A DNA stretch of 64,000 nucleotides from positions 124,001 through 188,000 of the forward strand of contig NGBS01001164.1 of NCBI GenBank assembly GCA_002245135.1, read 5' to 3'. Within the stretch, counting starts at the first letter, position 1. Each line of letters begins with the position of its first letter. The notes below the pieces were generated by a model that did not search any database, was not told where the DNA came from, and saw only the letters and a list, made by a program, of their open reading frames with translations. The position numbers and the translations under genes are program-made. This document shows positions 25,858 to 38,699 of the stretch, one piece after another. This stretch comes from Proteromonas lacertae (lineage: Eukaryota).

Positions 25858-27025
25858 ATGTCCTTTTTAGACATATATATAGATCCTGAAATAAGATGGA
25901 GTAGTTACTATCGTCGAAGTAACAAATCTAAAGATAAAAAACACATTTTATGCTTTCCAGATCACTTAATAAGTGGACATCGAGTATGAAAAGATGAATA
26001 ATATGTTATATGAATAGAATACTGGGTATTGTGGTAGACCAATAAAAGTTTACATAAATAGTTATTTAAGTGTTCCAACTTTAATAATTTGTAGTAGAAT
26101 ATACGAATATAATGGTTCAAAGACAGGATTGAATATAGATGATTTAATTCCTAAATCTCAATTTGAAGACAGAGATATTCCTTTCTATTTTGGAGTTTCA
26201 GTTGTATTTAAGATAATAATATAATTAAAATAGATTGATGGTAAAGAATATATAATAAATGATAAGTTACAATCCTGGAAATTTAATACATACCTTCAAA
26301 GAGTTGGTCCATTATACTGTTTAGTAATTTATGGATTGATATTATGTGATAATCAACATTACTACAAAGTGATGTGTAAAACAATCTCTCCTTTATTTCA
26401 TATCTATTCATCTCGTAGATCTTTCTCTGGTTTAAATTGTACAAATGAAAATTTGAATATGGAAGTATATAAAAACACACCAATTCCCCAATATTTAAAG
26501 ATTAAATTATCAGAGACTGATTCATTGATTCTATCTCCTCTTTTAATCAAAAATTTCCCATTTTTAAGATATAAGAATGCAACTAAACAGATGAAGTTGT
26601 ATGACTCACTTCCTGAAATATTACTTCGTTTATCGAATGATTGTAATAATAATGATGATCCTAATGCTATAATAAAAACAGAGAATAATCCTTATCCATT
26701 TCCAGATTCAGCACAAATCATCAAATATGTTGAGAGTTTTAATGATTTTCGAGAATATATGATGGATATTCTTAATTCTGAGCCTGTAGTAACACAATAT
26801 GTCTATTCTCAATATGGATATAATGTCAAACTAAGAAAACTTGGATTGACTAAAACTTCAAAAGAAAGAGAAGAAATATCCTATTTAGGTGGAAGTATGA
26901 ATCAAATGTATGAAAGAGCAACAAAAGGTATATATTATTTAGATAGATATGGAAATAAGATAATGTGTCATCCTCCAGATATTCTCCGTGAATACTATGT
27001 AAACCAAAATTTATCAAATGAATAA
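25858..27025 (+). CDS. Hypothetical protein (~367 aa), tandem copy 1; introns 25984-26017 and 26204-26233
   Basis: Spliced frame MSFLDIYIDPEIRWSSYYRRSNKSKDKKHILCFPDHLISGHRNTGYCGRP...KTISPLFHIYSSRR... Confidence 0.8.
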
Positions 27026-27281
27026 TTAGAATTAATATTGAATAATAATTTATTGGTTGTATTGTTTTTTATGAATGTATTTCATGTTATAATTGAGAGA
27101 ATTATTCATTGATCAGTCTAGCTTAATCTGTCTAACACACCTACTATTTTTAATTTCTATTCTATACGCTATACATCACATTAACTAACAGATATTCATT
27201 TTGATTTGATCGTATAGATGCTAATAGAAGATAATAAATCAAAAATTTCAAAATAGAATTAAATTTTATTCTTTTTGTTTT

Positions 27282-28449
27282 ATGTCCTTTTTAGACATAT
27301 ATATAGATCCTGAAATAAGATGGAGTAGTTACTATCGTCGAAGTAACAAATCTAAAGATAAAAAACACATTTTATGCTTTCCAGATCACTTAATAAGTGG
27401 ACATCGAGTATGAAAAGATGAATAATATGTTATATGAATAGAATACTGGGTATTGTGGTAGACCAATAAAAGTTTACATAAATAGTTATTTAAGTGTTCC
27501 AACTTTAATAATTTGTAGTAGAATATACGAATATAATGGTTCAAAGACAGGATTGAATATAGATGATTTAATTCCTAAATCTCAATTTGAAGACAGAGAT
27601 ATTCCTTTCTATTTTGGAGTTTCAGTTGTATTTAAGATAATAATATAATTAAAATAGATTGATGGTAAAGAATATATAATAAATGATAAGTTACAATCCT
27701 GGAAATTTAATACATACCTTCAAAGAGTTGGTCCATTATACTGTTTAGTAATTTATGGATTGATATTATGTGATAATCAACATTACTACAAAGTGATGTG
27801 TAAAACAATCTCTCCTTTATTTCATATCTATTCATCTCGTAGATCTTTCTCTGGTTTAAATTGTACAAATGAAAATTTGAATATGGAAGTATATAAAAAC
27901 ACACCAATTCCCCAATATTTAAAGATTAAATTATCAGAGACTGATTCATTGATTCTATCTCCTCTTTTAATCAAAAATTTCCCATTTTTAAGATATAAGA
28001 ATGCAACTAAACAGATGAAGTTGTATGACTCACTTCCTGAAATATTACTTCGTTTATCGAATGATTGTAATAATAATGATGATCCTAATGCTATAATAAA
28101 AACAGAGAATAATCCTTATCCATTTCCAGATTCAGCACAAATCATCAAATATGTTGAGAGTTTTAATGATTTTCGAGAATATATGATGGATATTCTTAAT
28201 TCTGAGCCTGTAGTAACACAATATGTCTATTCTCAATATGGATATAATGTCAAACTAAGAAAACTTGGATTGACTAAAACTTCAAAAGAAAGAGAAGAAA
28301 TATCCTATTTAGGTGGAAGTATGAATCAAATGTATGAAAGAGCAACAAAAGGTATATATTATTTAGATAGATATGGAAATAAGATAATGTGTCATCCTCC
28401 AGATATTCTCCGTGAATACTATGTAAACCAAAATTTATCAAATGAATAA
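27282..28449 (+). CDS. Hypothetical protein, tandem copy 2 (identical to copy 1)
   Basis: Duplicate at offset +1424. Confidence 0.8.
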
Positions 28450-28705
28450 TTAGAATTAATATTGAATAATAATTTATTGGTTGTATTGTTTTTTATGAAT
28501 GTATTTCATGTTATAATTGAGAGAATTATTCATTGATCAGTCTAGCTTAATCTGTCTAACACACCTACTATTTTTAATTTCTATTCTATACGCTATACAT
28601 CACATTAACTAACAGATATTCATTTTGATTTGATCGTATAGATGCTAATAGAAGATAATAAATCAAAAATTTCAAAATAGAATTAAATTTTATTCTTTTT
28701 GTTTT

Positions 28706-29864
28706 ATGTCCTTTTTAGACATATATATAGATCCTGAAATAAGATGGAGTAGTTACTATCGTCGAAGTAACAAATCTAAAGATAAAAAACACATTTTATG
28801 CTTTCCAGATCACTTAATAAGTGGACATCGAGTATGAAAAGATGAATAATATGTTATATGAATAGAATACTGGGTATTGTGGTAGACCAATAAAAGTTTA
28901 CATAAATAGTTATTTAAGTGTTCCAACTTTAATAATTTGTAGTAGAATATACGAATATAATGGTTCAAAGACAGGATTGAATATAGATGATTTAATTCCT
29001 AAATCTCAATTTGAAGACAGAGATATTCCTTTCTATTTTGGAGTTTCAGTTGTATTTAAGATAATAATATAATTAAAATAGATTGATGGTAAAGAATATA
29101 TAATAAATGATAAGTTACAATCCTGGAAATTTAATGGATACTTACATAAAGTTGGTCCATTATACTGTTTAGTAATTTATGGATTAATACAAAGTGATAT
29201 TGTGAATCACTACAAAGTGATGTGTAAAACTGTTTCACCTCCATTTCATATCTATTCATCTCGTCGATGTGTATCAGCTGGATGTGAAAGAGATCGAAAA
29301 TTAGATATTGAAATATACAACCCAACTACAATAATTCCAAAATACTTAAAAATCAAACTATCAGAAAATAATTCATTAATTTTATCTCCTCTTTTAATCA
29401 AAAATTTCCCATTTTTAAGATATAAGAATGATATTGAAATAAATCTAAATGATACACTTCCTACAATGTTTCTTCATTTATTAAAAGAAAATACTGATAA
29501 ATGTAATAGAATTGTAAATACCGAAATAAATCCTTATCCATTTCCAGAATCAGCGAAGATTATAAAATATGTAGAAAAATTTAATAATTTTCGAGAATAT
29601 ATATTGGATATTGTTAATTCAGAACCAATAGTAACACAATATGTTTATGCAAAATATGGAGATGATGTTAGAATAAGATCACTTGGATTGACTAAAACCT
29701 CAAAAGAAAGAGAAGAAATATCCTATTTAGGTGGAAGTATGAATCAATGGTTTGAAAGAGTTGCTGAAGGTATATATTATTTAGATAGATATGGAAATAA
29801 GATAAGGGCACAACTTCCAGATATATTAACAGGTTATGTAAATCAATCTTCTAGTAATAAATAA
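28706..29864 (+). CDS. Hypothetical protein, tandem copy 3 (5' identical, 3' diverged)
   Basis: Identical to copy 1 up to 29135, then a diverged paralogous sequence (VSPPFHIYSSRR...). Confidence 0.8.
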
Positions 29865-30029
29865 TTATTTATATATATGATTAAATTGAATATATTTATA
29901 TATATATATAATTAATGTTTTTGTAATTATTTAATAAATAATCATTAACTAGTGAGAGATGCTAAATGTAAACTATAAAACACAAATTATAACAAACAAA
30001 GAATTCAAGCCTGTTTATAAAAACGAGTA

Positions 30030-31292
30030 ATGAGTGAACTATACACTCTATCTCCATATGAAACTATGTGTCATATATTTTTTGTCACGTGGAGAATTAA
30101 ACTAAGCAAATATTTTACAAAAAATGAGATAGAACAAGCATTATATACTCTATCAAATGAATACGATTTTCTACACTCAGAGTTCAATGACACAAATAAA
30201 TTACTTGCAATAGAGAATTATCATCCAAAATTAATATATAATGAAAGAAATCTCACTGAAAAAGAATATTTTGATGTAATACGAGAAACAACAAAAGTAC
30301 AACAGAATTATACATCAAAATATTGTATTTATGCTGATAGAACAAGAAATGAAACAGTTGTACTTGCATTTTATTGTCATTCTCAAGTAGATGCAATTTC
30401 TTCATTAGTTTTATCTCATAAATTTTGTTTGTATTTATCAGATCCAACTATCCAACCATTACATCATCCATTTGCTTCTGTACAAAAACAAGTGAAAATT
30501 CCATCAAATTATATTTCTTCGAATTACTCTCAAATATTTTCAAATTCAGATTGTTTCAAATTTCCAAAATCACCACATGCATGTCCTGAAGGTACAGTTA
30601 TACAATATCAATCATATACAGGTTTAATAGAAAAAGATCAATTCAATAAAATAATAGATTATTGTCATAATAATTGTTTTACATTTCAATCATTATTATG
30701 GTTAACAACATATATATCACAATGTAAATTATATAATATAAAAGATTTGTCTAAGACTATAACATTCAATACTCCAGCTACAACAGTTGGTAGATGTGAT
30801 TTTGATCCAATAATAAATAAAGATGATATTGTATGTGGTGCTGCTTCTCTTTATGTTACAAAGATTATTAATTGTAATGATAAAATATTGGATATACTAA
30901 AAGATTTATCTGGAGATTTACATAAAGAGTTAAACTCAAAACAACAGATGTATGATTTTTTAACATTGAGTGATTTTTCAAAATTACCAACTCAAACATT
31001 AACATGCTCTACGCTTGGTAGAACTGATATTCAAAAGCATTATGAAGGAAGTAATCCATTCGATGTGATGGATATAAACATTTTACCAGTTTCAATACAA
31101 ATGCCAGGAATGTGTGGAACAAATCTTCATTCTTTTACTGTTGATTGTATTGGTTGTTATTTATGTTGTACTTATACTTCTCCATTGTTTGTAGAAAGTG
31201 AAATGAAGAAATATGTTGATGATATTATATCTATGATGAATTTCTTCTGTAGTGAAGAAAATAGAGATAAAACTATCAGAGAGATTAAATAA
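30030..31292 (+). CDS. CoA-dependent acyltransferase (condensation/alcohol acetyltransferase/PapA5-like), intronless
   Basis: IEQALYTLSNEYDFLHS and HxxxD motif YCHSQVDAISS; IIDYCHNNCFTFQSLL helix typical of this fold. Confidence 0.65.
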   Translation: MSELYTLSPYETMCHIFFVTWRIKLSKYFTKNEIEQALYTLSNEYDFLHSEFNDTNKLLAIENYHPKLIYNERNLTEKEYFDVIRETTKVQQNYTSKYCIYADRTRNETVVLAFYCHSQVDAISSLVLSHKFCLYLSDPTIQPLHHPFASVQKQVKIPSNYISSNYSQIFSNSDCFKFPKSPHACPEGTVIQYQSYTGLIEKDQFNKIIDYCHNNCFTFQSLLWLTTYISQCKLYNIKDLSKTITFNTPATTVGRCDFDPIINKDDIVCGAASLYVTKIINCNDKILDILKDLSGDLHKELNSKQQMYDFLTLSDFSKLPTQTLTCSTLGRTDIQKHYEGSNPFDVMDINILPVSIQMPGMCGTNLHSFTVDCIGCYLCCTYTSPLFVESEMKKYVDDIISMMNFFCSEENRDKTIREIK

Positions 31293-31390
31293 TTGTGTTT
31301 TTTACTGATTTTTATTTTTAATGAAACGACTATATTTTTTGTTGTTTCTTTTCTTTCTTTTTTTCTTTTTGATGAAGACAGTGTTATAAT

Positions 31391-32700
31391 ATGGACAAAA
31401 CTAGTGGTCTTACTGAAGAATCAAAATTATTAGCCAAATTATGTTATTGTATACTTATATTTTTATCCCTAGTTAATCAATGTGAAATAAATCGAATATA
31501 TGATGTTTTCACTAAATCTTTAGCTCCGTATTTTATTTTAGTAATACTCTATTCCTTAGAAAAAAAGATAAACTGTCTTTCACAGAATTTAATAAATTTT
31601 GTGATGGTAAACAATTTCATACTGTAGTCAGATTTTTTGAGAAATATAGTATAAGAATATATTAACACATACCTAGAATTCTTGAACTGGAACCATTTTT
31701 TTCAAATTATAGTAATTTTAGGGTTTCTTCGTTTAAATATTTCTCTTAACAGTATATAATATATAATATTAACTCTTAAATAGTGGTTACAATGATATTA
31801 AACATTCAAGATAACTCATCATTATCATCTGAAGATACTTCTCGCTTATTTATAGAAATTGGAGGAAGTGATGTTGCTACAACAATAGAAAGGAAGAAGC
31901 CATTTAATTATCCCTTAGCTTTTTCTAATTTATATGCTTATATAGTTAATCATCCAGAGTATTATTTGAAATTAACAAGATATCAAAATCAGTTGTGTCT
32001 TTTATTCTTTAATCAGCACCGTATTAATGAAATGCATCAACGGCCTAATAAAATGCAGTACTTAGAGCAATACCAATTAAAGAATGGTAAAAGCTATCCG
32101 ATAGATTCGTGTATAAATATTATAAAAAGATATTTAATAACGCATGATCCTTATCCTTACAGATATGATTATGAATGTAAACCTCACGATGAAACACAAT
32201 TAATGATTAAGTTGTTTCCTTATATTAAATTAATTAGTAGTAGATCAGAATCATTCAATAGAATAGAAAATCCAATGATACAGTCGATCAAAAGACATGG
32301 TGAAATGAATTCAGCAAGATATGGTAACTCAGCTTTATTGAAGCGAGGTAATGGTGCTGGTGGTAATGGAAATTGTAATGCAAAACGTAAAACAATGCAT
32401 CATGTGTATGGTGTTGAATCATTAAGTAGAAGTGAATTAGTGAATAATACATCCTCACCTAGATCATATGATGAAGGTGATAGTATTACTAATAATTGTG
32501 CTGTAAATAAAATATCCACTCATCCATCTGAAGAGAAGAGAAATGACGAAAATACTACTGATAGTGTTCCTCCTTTGAGATTGACTAATTCAATCTTACA
32601 TCGTTCTTCTTTATCATCTATGCATGGCAGATCCACCTGGAAGTCTTCATTGCAACAATCTTTTCTTCCAGGTGCAGTTCATGAGGATAATTGTGTGTAA
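31391..32700 (+). CDS. Degenerate EF-hand (NCS/calcineurin-B-like) family protein, paralogue A
   Basis: Spliced N-terminus LAKLCYFNQCEINRIYDVF..LSFTEF..LNWNHFFQ; 4 short introns; RYLITHDPYPYRYDY motif. Confidence 0.6.
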
Positions 32701-33142
32701 ATTATTTAATGTAAATTTAAATAAAAAGAATATATTGTTTAATTTGATTCATTTGCTGTGTGTTTGTGATAAAGGAAAAAGAGAATCTCAAACAGAAATC
32801 AAACTCTTTTTCATAATTTTTATTTTTGCCTTAATGAAGTTTATGAAATGCAATATATTATAAATACATATTTACTATTAACAAGCGCTTTAAAGAATTT
32901 ATTCATAGTTAAACAAAAAGATGAAAGTTAAGTAATTTGTCATTTATCAGTATATAAGGTTATCTAACATCAAAAAAATCCTTGTCTATACACTTTTTTT
33001 TCAATTCCACACTACTTGTTCCTTCAAGTATTCTCTAAACTTCAAAAAAATGAATTTAATAAAGAAAAAATATTCTAGGCTCGAAAAGCTCGACATTTTT
33101 GCTTTTAAAACCTTTTGCTTTTTCTCAGTGTCTTCAAGCTAA

Positions 33143-35717
33143 ATGGTATAACTTATTCATGTAATATATTTTTTATAGCCACTTCAATTGATTATCAAGG
33201 TATAAAAATATTATTTGAACTTTTTTTATATTTCTTTTTCTAGAAAAAAATCTGTGCCAGAAGTGAGAGAGTTAAATGTGTAGATATACATCCACAATTC
33301 CCATGGGTAATATCTTCACTCTACAATGGTACTGTTGTAATTTGGGATATAAGTAAGGAAGAGATGGTCAAATCATTTGAAATGTGTAAAGAACCTGTTC
33401 GTTGTGTAAAATTCGTTCCAAGAAAGCAATGGATCGTAGCAGGAGGAGATGATTTCAATATGAGAGTATACAACTACAACACAATGGAAAAAGTATATAA
33501 ATATTAATTTACTTATTGTATATAGATAAAAGTTTGGAAAGCACATAAAGATTATATCCGATCAGTTGATGTTCATCCTTCAGAACCACTTATGTTATCC
33601 TGTTCAGATGATTTCTTGATCAAATTATGGAACTGGGAACAAGATTTCACATGTGTAAGAGAATATGAATCACATAGTCACTTTGTGATGCAAGTACAGT
33701 TTAATCCAAAAGATCCAACAATATTTGCCTCTTGCTCATTGGATAAAACTATTAAAATATGGGATATTAACACAAATGCACCTCACTTCACTATGTCTGG
33801 TCATAGTAAAGGTGTAAATTGTCTTAATTTTTACCCAGCTGGTGATAAACCATATTTAGTTACAGGTGCTGATGATAGAGTATAATATATTATATTATCT
33901 ATATATTTCATTAATAATTAGACTGCTAAAATATGGGATTATCAAACCAAAACTTGTGTTCAAACATTAGAAGGTCATTCTGATAATGTAGTAACAGCTG
34001 TATTTCATCCCAAATTACCATTACTTCTAACAGGCAGTGAAGATGGAACTGTAAGAATATGGCATAGTACAACTTTTAGATTAGAAACTACATTGAATTA
34101 TGGTATGAATCGTGTATGGACTATTTCAGTACATCCAACCAGTAGTTTAACTGCAATTGGTTATGATGATGGCACTGTGGTGGTTAAACTAGGAAATGAT
34201 AATCCAATTATAAGTATGGATAAATCTGGTAAGTTATTATGGGCTGAAAATACTGATATTATTTCTGGAAATGTGAAAGGTGTTGTTGCTGAAAGTGGAA
34301 CTGGTGAAGGTGATAAATTACCTATTAATACTAAAGAAATATCTTTTTTTATTATTTTTAAATACATTATAATTTTCCATTAACTCTATTTGTTTTTTAC
34401 TTAGGAAAATGTGAATTATATCCTCAATATTTAGCTCACAATAGCAATGGCCATTTCTTCTTAGTTTATGGTGATGGTGAATATACAATCTATACAGGCA
34501 GAGTATTGAGAAGTAAATGTTATGGTCCAGCTGTAGAAGCAGTATGGTGTAGTAATGGTACTGGTGATTATGCAATTAGAGAATCATCAACACAAATCAG
34601 AATATATCAAGACTTTAAGGAAATTAATAGTTTCCAATCACCAACATCAATAGAGAAATTATTTGGAGGAGTTTGCTTAGGTGTTCAATGTGATGGTTTT
34701 ATATTATTTTATGATTGGTATACATGTAAATTAATAAGAAGAATCGATGTACAATGTAAGAATATATTCTGGTCTGAAGCTGGTGATATGGTCAGTTTAG
34801 TTTGCCAAGATACATTTTTCATTTTACACTATGATAAAGATGTAGTAGCATCAGCAGTAAAAGGTGAAGTTAGTAATGAAGGAATAGAAGGATCTTTTGA
34901 ATTATTATATGAAATAGCTGATAATGTAAAGAGTGGATTATGGGTAGGAGATTGCTTTTTATTCACTAATAAGAAATCATTGAATTATTGTGTTGGTGAT
35001 AATGTTATTAATGTTAATCATTTACAAAGTTCAATGACTATTTTAGGTTATTTAGCAAAAGAAAACAGAATATTCTTAGTTGATAAAGAGAAGAATATTA
35101 TTTCCTATGAAATATTGAGTAATTTCTTAGATTATCAAACATATGTATATCGTAAGGAGTTTGATGCAGCTAATGAATTATTAGGTGAAATCCCAGAAAC
35201 ACATTATGACAAAATAGCTAGATTTTTAGAAGGTCAAGGTTATAAAGAAGAAGCATATGCTGTAGTAAGAGATTATGATCATAAGTTCTCTTTAGCTATC
35301 GAATTGAATAAATTAGAAGATGCACAGAAAATGATTGAAAGTAATGTGTTTGATGATGAAGGTACAGAAGAATCTATTATGAGATGGAAACAGTTGAGTG
35401 ATTTAGCTTTAAGTAGAGCTAATTTGAATTTAAGTGTGTATTGTGCTGAAAAGGCTGATGATTTGAGTGGATTGTTGTTGATTTATAGTTGTACTGGTAA
35501 TAGAGAAGGTTTAAGAGGAGTGGCTGAAAGAGCATTGAAAGCTAAAGAGTTTAATACTGCATTTGTTAGTTATTATACAATTGGAGATTGTAATGGATGT
35601 ATAGAAACATTATTAGCTAATAATAAAGTTGCTGAAGCAGCTATTTTTGCCAGAAGTCACTTGCCTGAGCGTGTTGATGAATTAGTGAAGTTATGGAAAG
35701 AGTCTATTACAAAGTAA
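33143..35717 (+). CDS. COPB2: Coatomer beta' subunit (Sec27/COPB2); first exon is only the ATG; one U12 intron; 3' end uncertain
   Basis: MPLQLIIKKKICARSERVKCVDIHP..WD40 repeats..LNYGMNRVW..KELGKCELYPQ..WKQLSDLAL..EAAIFARSHLP. Confidence 0.93.
34339..34400 (+). other. U12-type AT-AC intron (62 nt) in beta'-COP
   Basis: 5' ATATCTTTTT, branch TTCCATTAAC, 3' TTTTAC; splicing gives conserved KE|LGKCELYPQ. Confidence 0.9.
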
Positions 35718-35870
35718 GGAAGCATAGAAAATTTTATTATTACAATTATTATTATTTCATTATTTTATTCATTTTATGTTCTTTAATCCAAAATAATAAT
35801 GACAAGCCAAGCAAATAGTTCGGTTACACATTAAATTTTTGTTTTTTTCTTTTTTTTATAAAGTAGATGA

Positions 35871-37182
35871 ATGTCTAAAGCGGAGTTTGACCCTTTAGAT
35901 GAGGTTTCAGTAACACTGGCTCAGCTGTGTTTTTGTATAATCCTCATATTCTATGTTCAATGTAGTTAACAACAAAGAGGTTGAACAAGTGTTTGAAACC
36001 TTCAAGAAATTTTCAGATGCGTATAAATATTTTTATTTTATCGTTATTTTCTGGATAGAGAAACAAAAGAAATGGATATAGAAAGATTTCAAAGATTGAT
36101 AGGTATTAACAACAAAGCTATTGCGAAATATTTCGAATGTTATAGTATAATACTATTCTTTCATCATAATATCCACTAGTTCACCTTAAATGGAATAATT
36201 TTTTTCAATTTTTCTTAATAAACACATATGCACCATCAGAAATCATGGTAAAATGTATTTTTATCTGTTTAATATGGTAGGTTACTTTTTATATTTGGGT
36301 GTAAACTATGATAATCCAATAGAAGAATGTCAATTAACTACTCTTCTTGAAGTAACTTCAAAAATAGGCTATTTACAAGATCCAGTATTCAAAAAAGAGA
36401 TGTATTATAGCATATTTATATTGATTTGTTTTAGATCTTTTCCTACTGACTTCACCACGGTCATGCAATACTTAGAAACACATAGAGATTGTGTATTATC
36501 GTTATTATGGTTCAGAGACCATGTAAAGCATTGTGTTTTTACAGATGATCTTTCATACGATATCTCCTCAAGAAGACAAAGAATGTCTAATTATATGAAA
36601 TACAGAAATGAACATTTAGGTAAAATCCCAACTGAAAATTGTTGTGATCAACTAAAACGTACAATGAAGAAATTACCTCCTTTATATCAACATGATTATG
36701 AAATTCATTACTCCTCAATAAAAGATCAAGTTGATTCACTTCTCAACAAATACAAAATGATGTTTTTATTACAACCAATTCAAAAACATGAAATTCCAAT
36801 ATTTGAATCTCTGAAAAGAGATGGTGATACTCTTTCAATGAATAAATATCGAGTTGAATTATCTGCAAAATGTCAACCAGCAAATAGACCTTCCAGACCT
36901 CGTTCTTTAGTGGCATCTCATTTAAGTTCTGAAGAAGGCTCGATTGTTCAAACTGTCATTTCAACCAATTCAGTATCTAAACCTTCCAGAAATAATAGTC
37001 TTCAATGTGTATATAAGCCATTATTAGTTACAAATATCTCATTTACTAATAATATCAATTTAAATAAAAATATATTCCCAACTAGACCTTTATATTCTCC
37101 TTCTACTATAACTGAATCGAATGTATCTCATTCATATATTCCAATACCTGGAGCGATAGATGAATTTAGTCCAAAATCGTAA
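35871..37182 (+). CDS. Degenerate EF-hand family protein, paralogue B
   Basis: LAQLCFFNNKEVEQVFETF..MDIERF..LKWNNFFQ; first four intron positions match paralogue A; CDQLKRTMKKLPPLYQHDY. Confidence 0.6.
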
Positions 37183-37771
37183 AATGAAAAAGTATTCGTG
37201 TAATATTATTGTAGTTTATATTGTAATTTATATTTATTTTTTTTTTTTTTTTGAAATTTATGTGTTTTTGTGATATTGAAGTCATTTTTAAAATTACTTT
37301 TAATTTAAGTAAAGAAAGTCCATATTTATACTTTATTCCCCATTAAATGTGATTTTCATAGCTCAGTAAAAAACAACAACAACATATAAAAATAATAATA
37401 ATATTTAAAAAAAATTAACGATTATATATTTAAGAATTCTTTAATAAATCTATCTTTTTTAATGGCGAGTAATGCTTTAATCTTTCTATTATAGTCTTTA
37501 AGCCTAATAAGTATTTCAATACAGATGAAGATAATCCCGTTTCTATTCATTATTAAAATAAAAATATCAATACTTGAAAGACTTAATCTATCATAATCAT
37601 CTATTAATAAATCTAAATGTGAAGCTAACTATATATTTATAAATAACTCTTTTATTTTTAGATGCTTAAGATTTTGAAACATTGATTTATTAATTAGAAG
37701 ATCTATGATTTAGGAACTATAAAAAATCAATATAATATCATTGTATTTTAATAAATATTCGTTTTGTAAAT

Positions 37772-38613
37772 ATGTCTTGTTTAGAGTCATTTATGAATAA
37801 TCTAATTAATTCATTGCTATCAACTGAGGTAGAAGTAATGTAATTCATTTTTATTTACTTGAAATAGATAAAAAGAACAATCGAAAAAAGTAATGATGAA
37901 GTATCTTTAACAGTCGAACATCAAAATAATATGAAGGTGATAAAGCTTTTCAATGTAGAAAATATTAAAGTGAGTAACAGAGAATCATACGTAGATAATA
38001 CCACATATTTGTCGGAATGTTATTGTAATGTAACTTATTCATCGATTTGTCGAATAATAAATAGTAATATGATAATATATGAGAGAGACTATTATTTGAT
38101 GGATTTAGAAGAGATAATTCAGAATAAATCTCTTAAGTGATGATATTTGTAATATAATATGTTCATTATGTGAAATTTTGATGATAATGAGTGAATATGG
38201 TTTAATAATAGATAATTTAAAGAGCAGTAATGTGATATATGAAGAGAAACACTGTTTAATAATGATTATGTAATAGAAATATCATCATATATTACCCCTC
38301 AAACAGAATACTATATTAAAAGTGAGAAATTCAAAAGAATTCTAAAAGATATGATAGAATTATATAATGATAAACCGAATGAAAGAATGCTGTCAATTCT
38401 ATTATTATGAATGAAATCATACTAAAATATAAATCAATTAAAGAAGTATTTGAAAATTTGAATGAATTATCAATAACATTAAAAAAGAATACAGATAAAT
38501 CAGAACTAAAATCATTCTTAAAAACATTTTCAGCAATTAAAAGAATAAAATTGAATGGATTTTCAGTAGAAGAAAAAAAAGAAATACTACAAGAATTTTG
38601 GAATATTAAATGA
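37772..38613 (+). pseudogene. Internally deleted, frameshifted copy of the pseudokinase-LRR gene
   Basis: Matches three separate blocks of 53635-56940 (IYERDYYLMDLEEIIQ..NLKSSN; YNDKPNERMLSILL; KEVFENLNELSIT..KRIKLNGFS); frameshift near 38133 and two large deletions. Confidence 0.8.
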
Positions 38614-38699
38614 ATAGTTAAATAATAATAATTTCATTGATATATTTTGTTTCTGACTAAATTACATTACAACAAAACAAAAAGTAATATTATTCATAA

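Larger units (their letters stand above)
25672..29135. repeat. Tandem repeat, 1,424-bp unit, about 2.4 apparently identical copies (units start 25672, 27096, 28520)
   Basis: Identical ORF translations offset by 1424; sequence matches by eye until copy 3 diverges after 29135. Confidence 0.95.
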
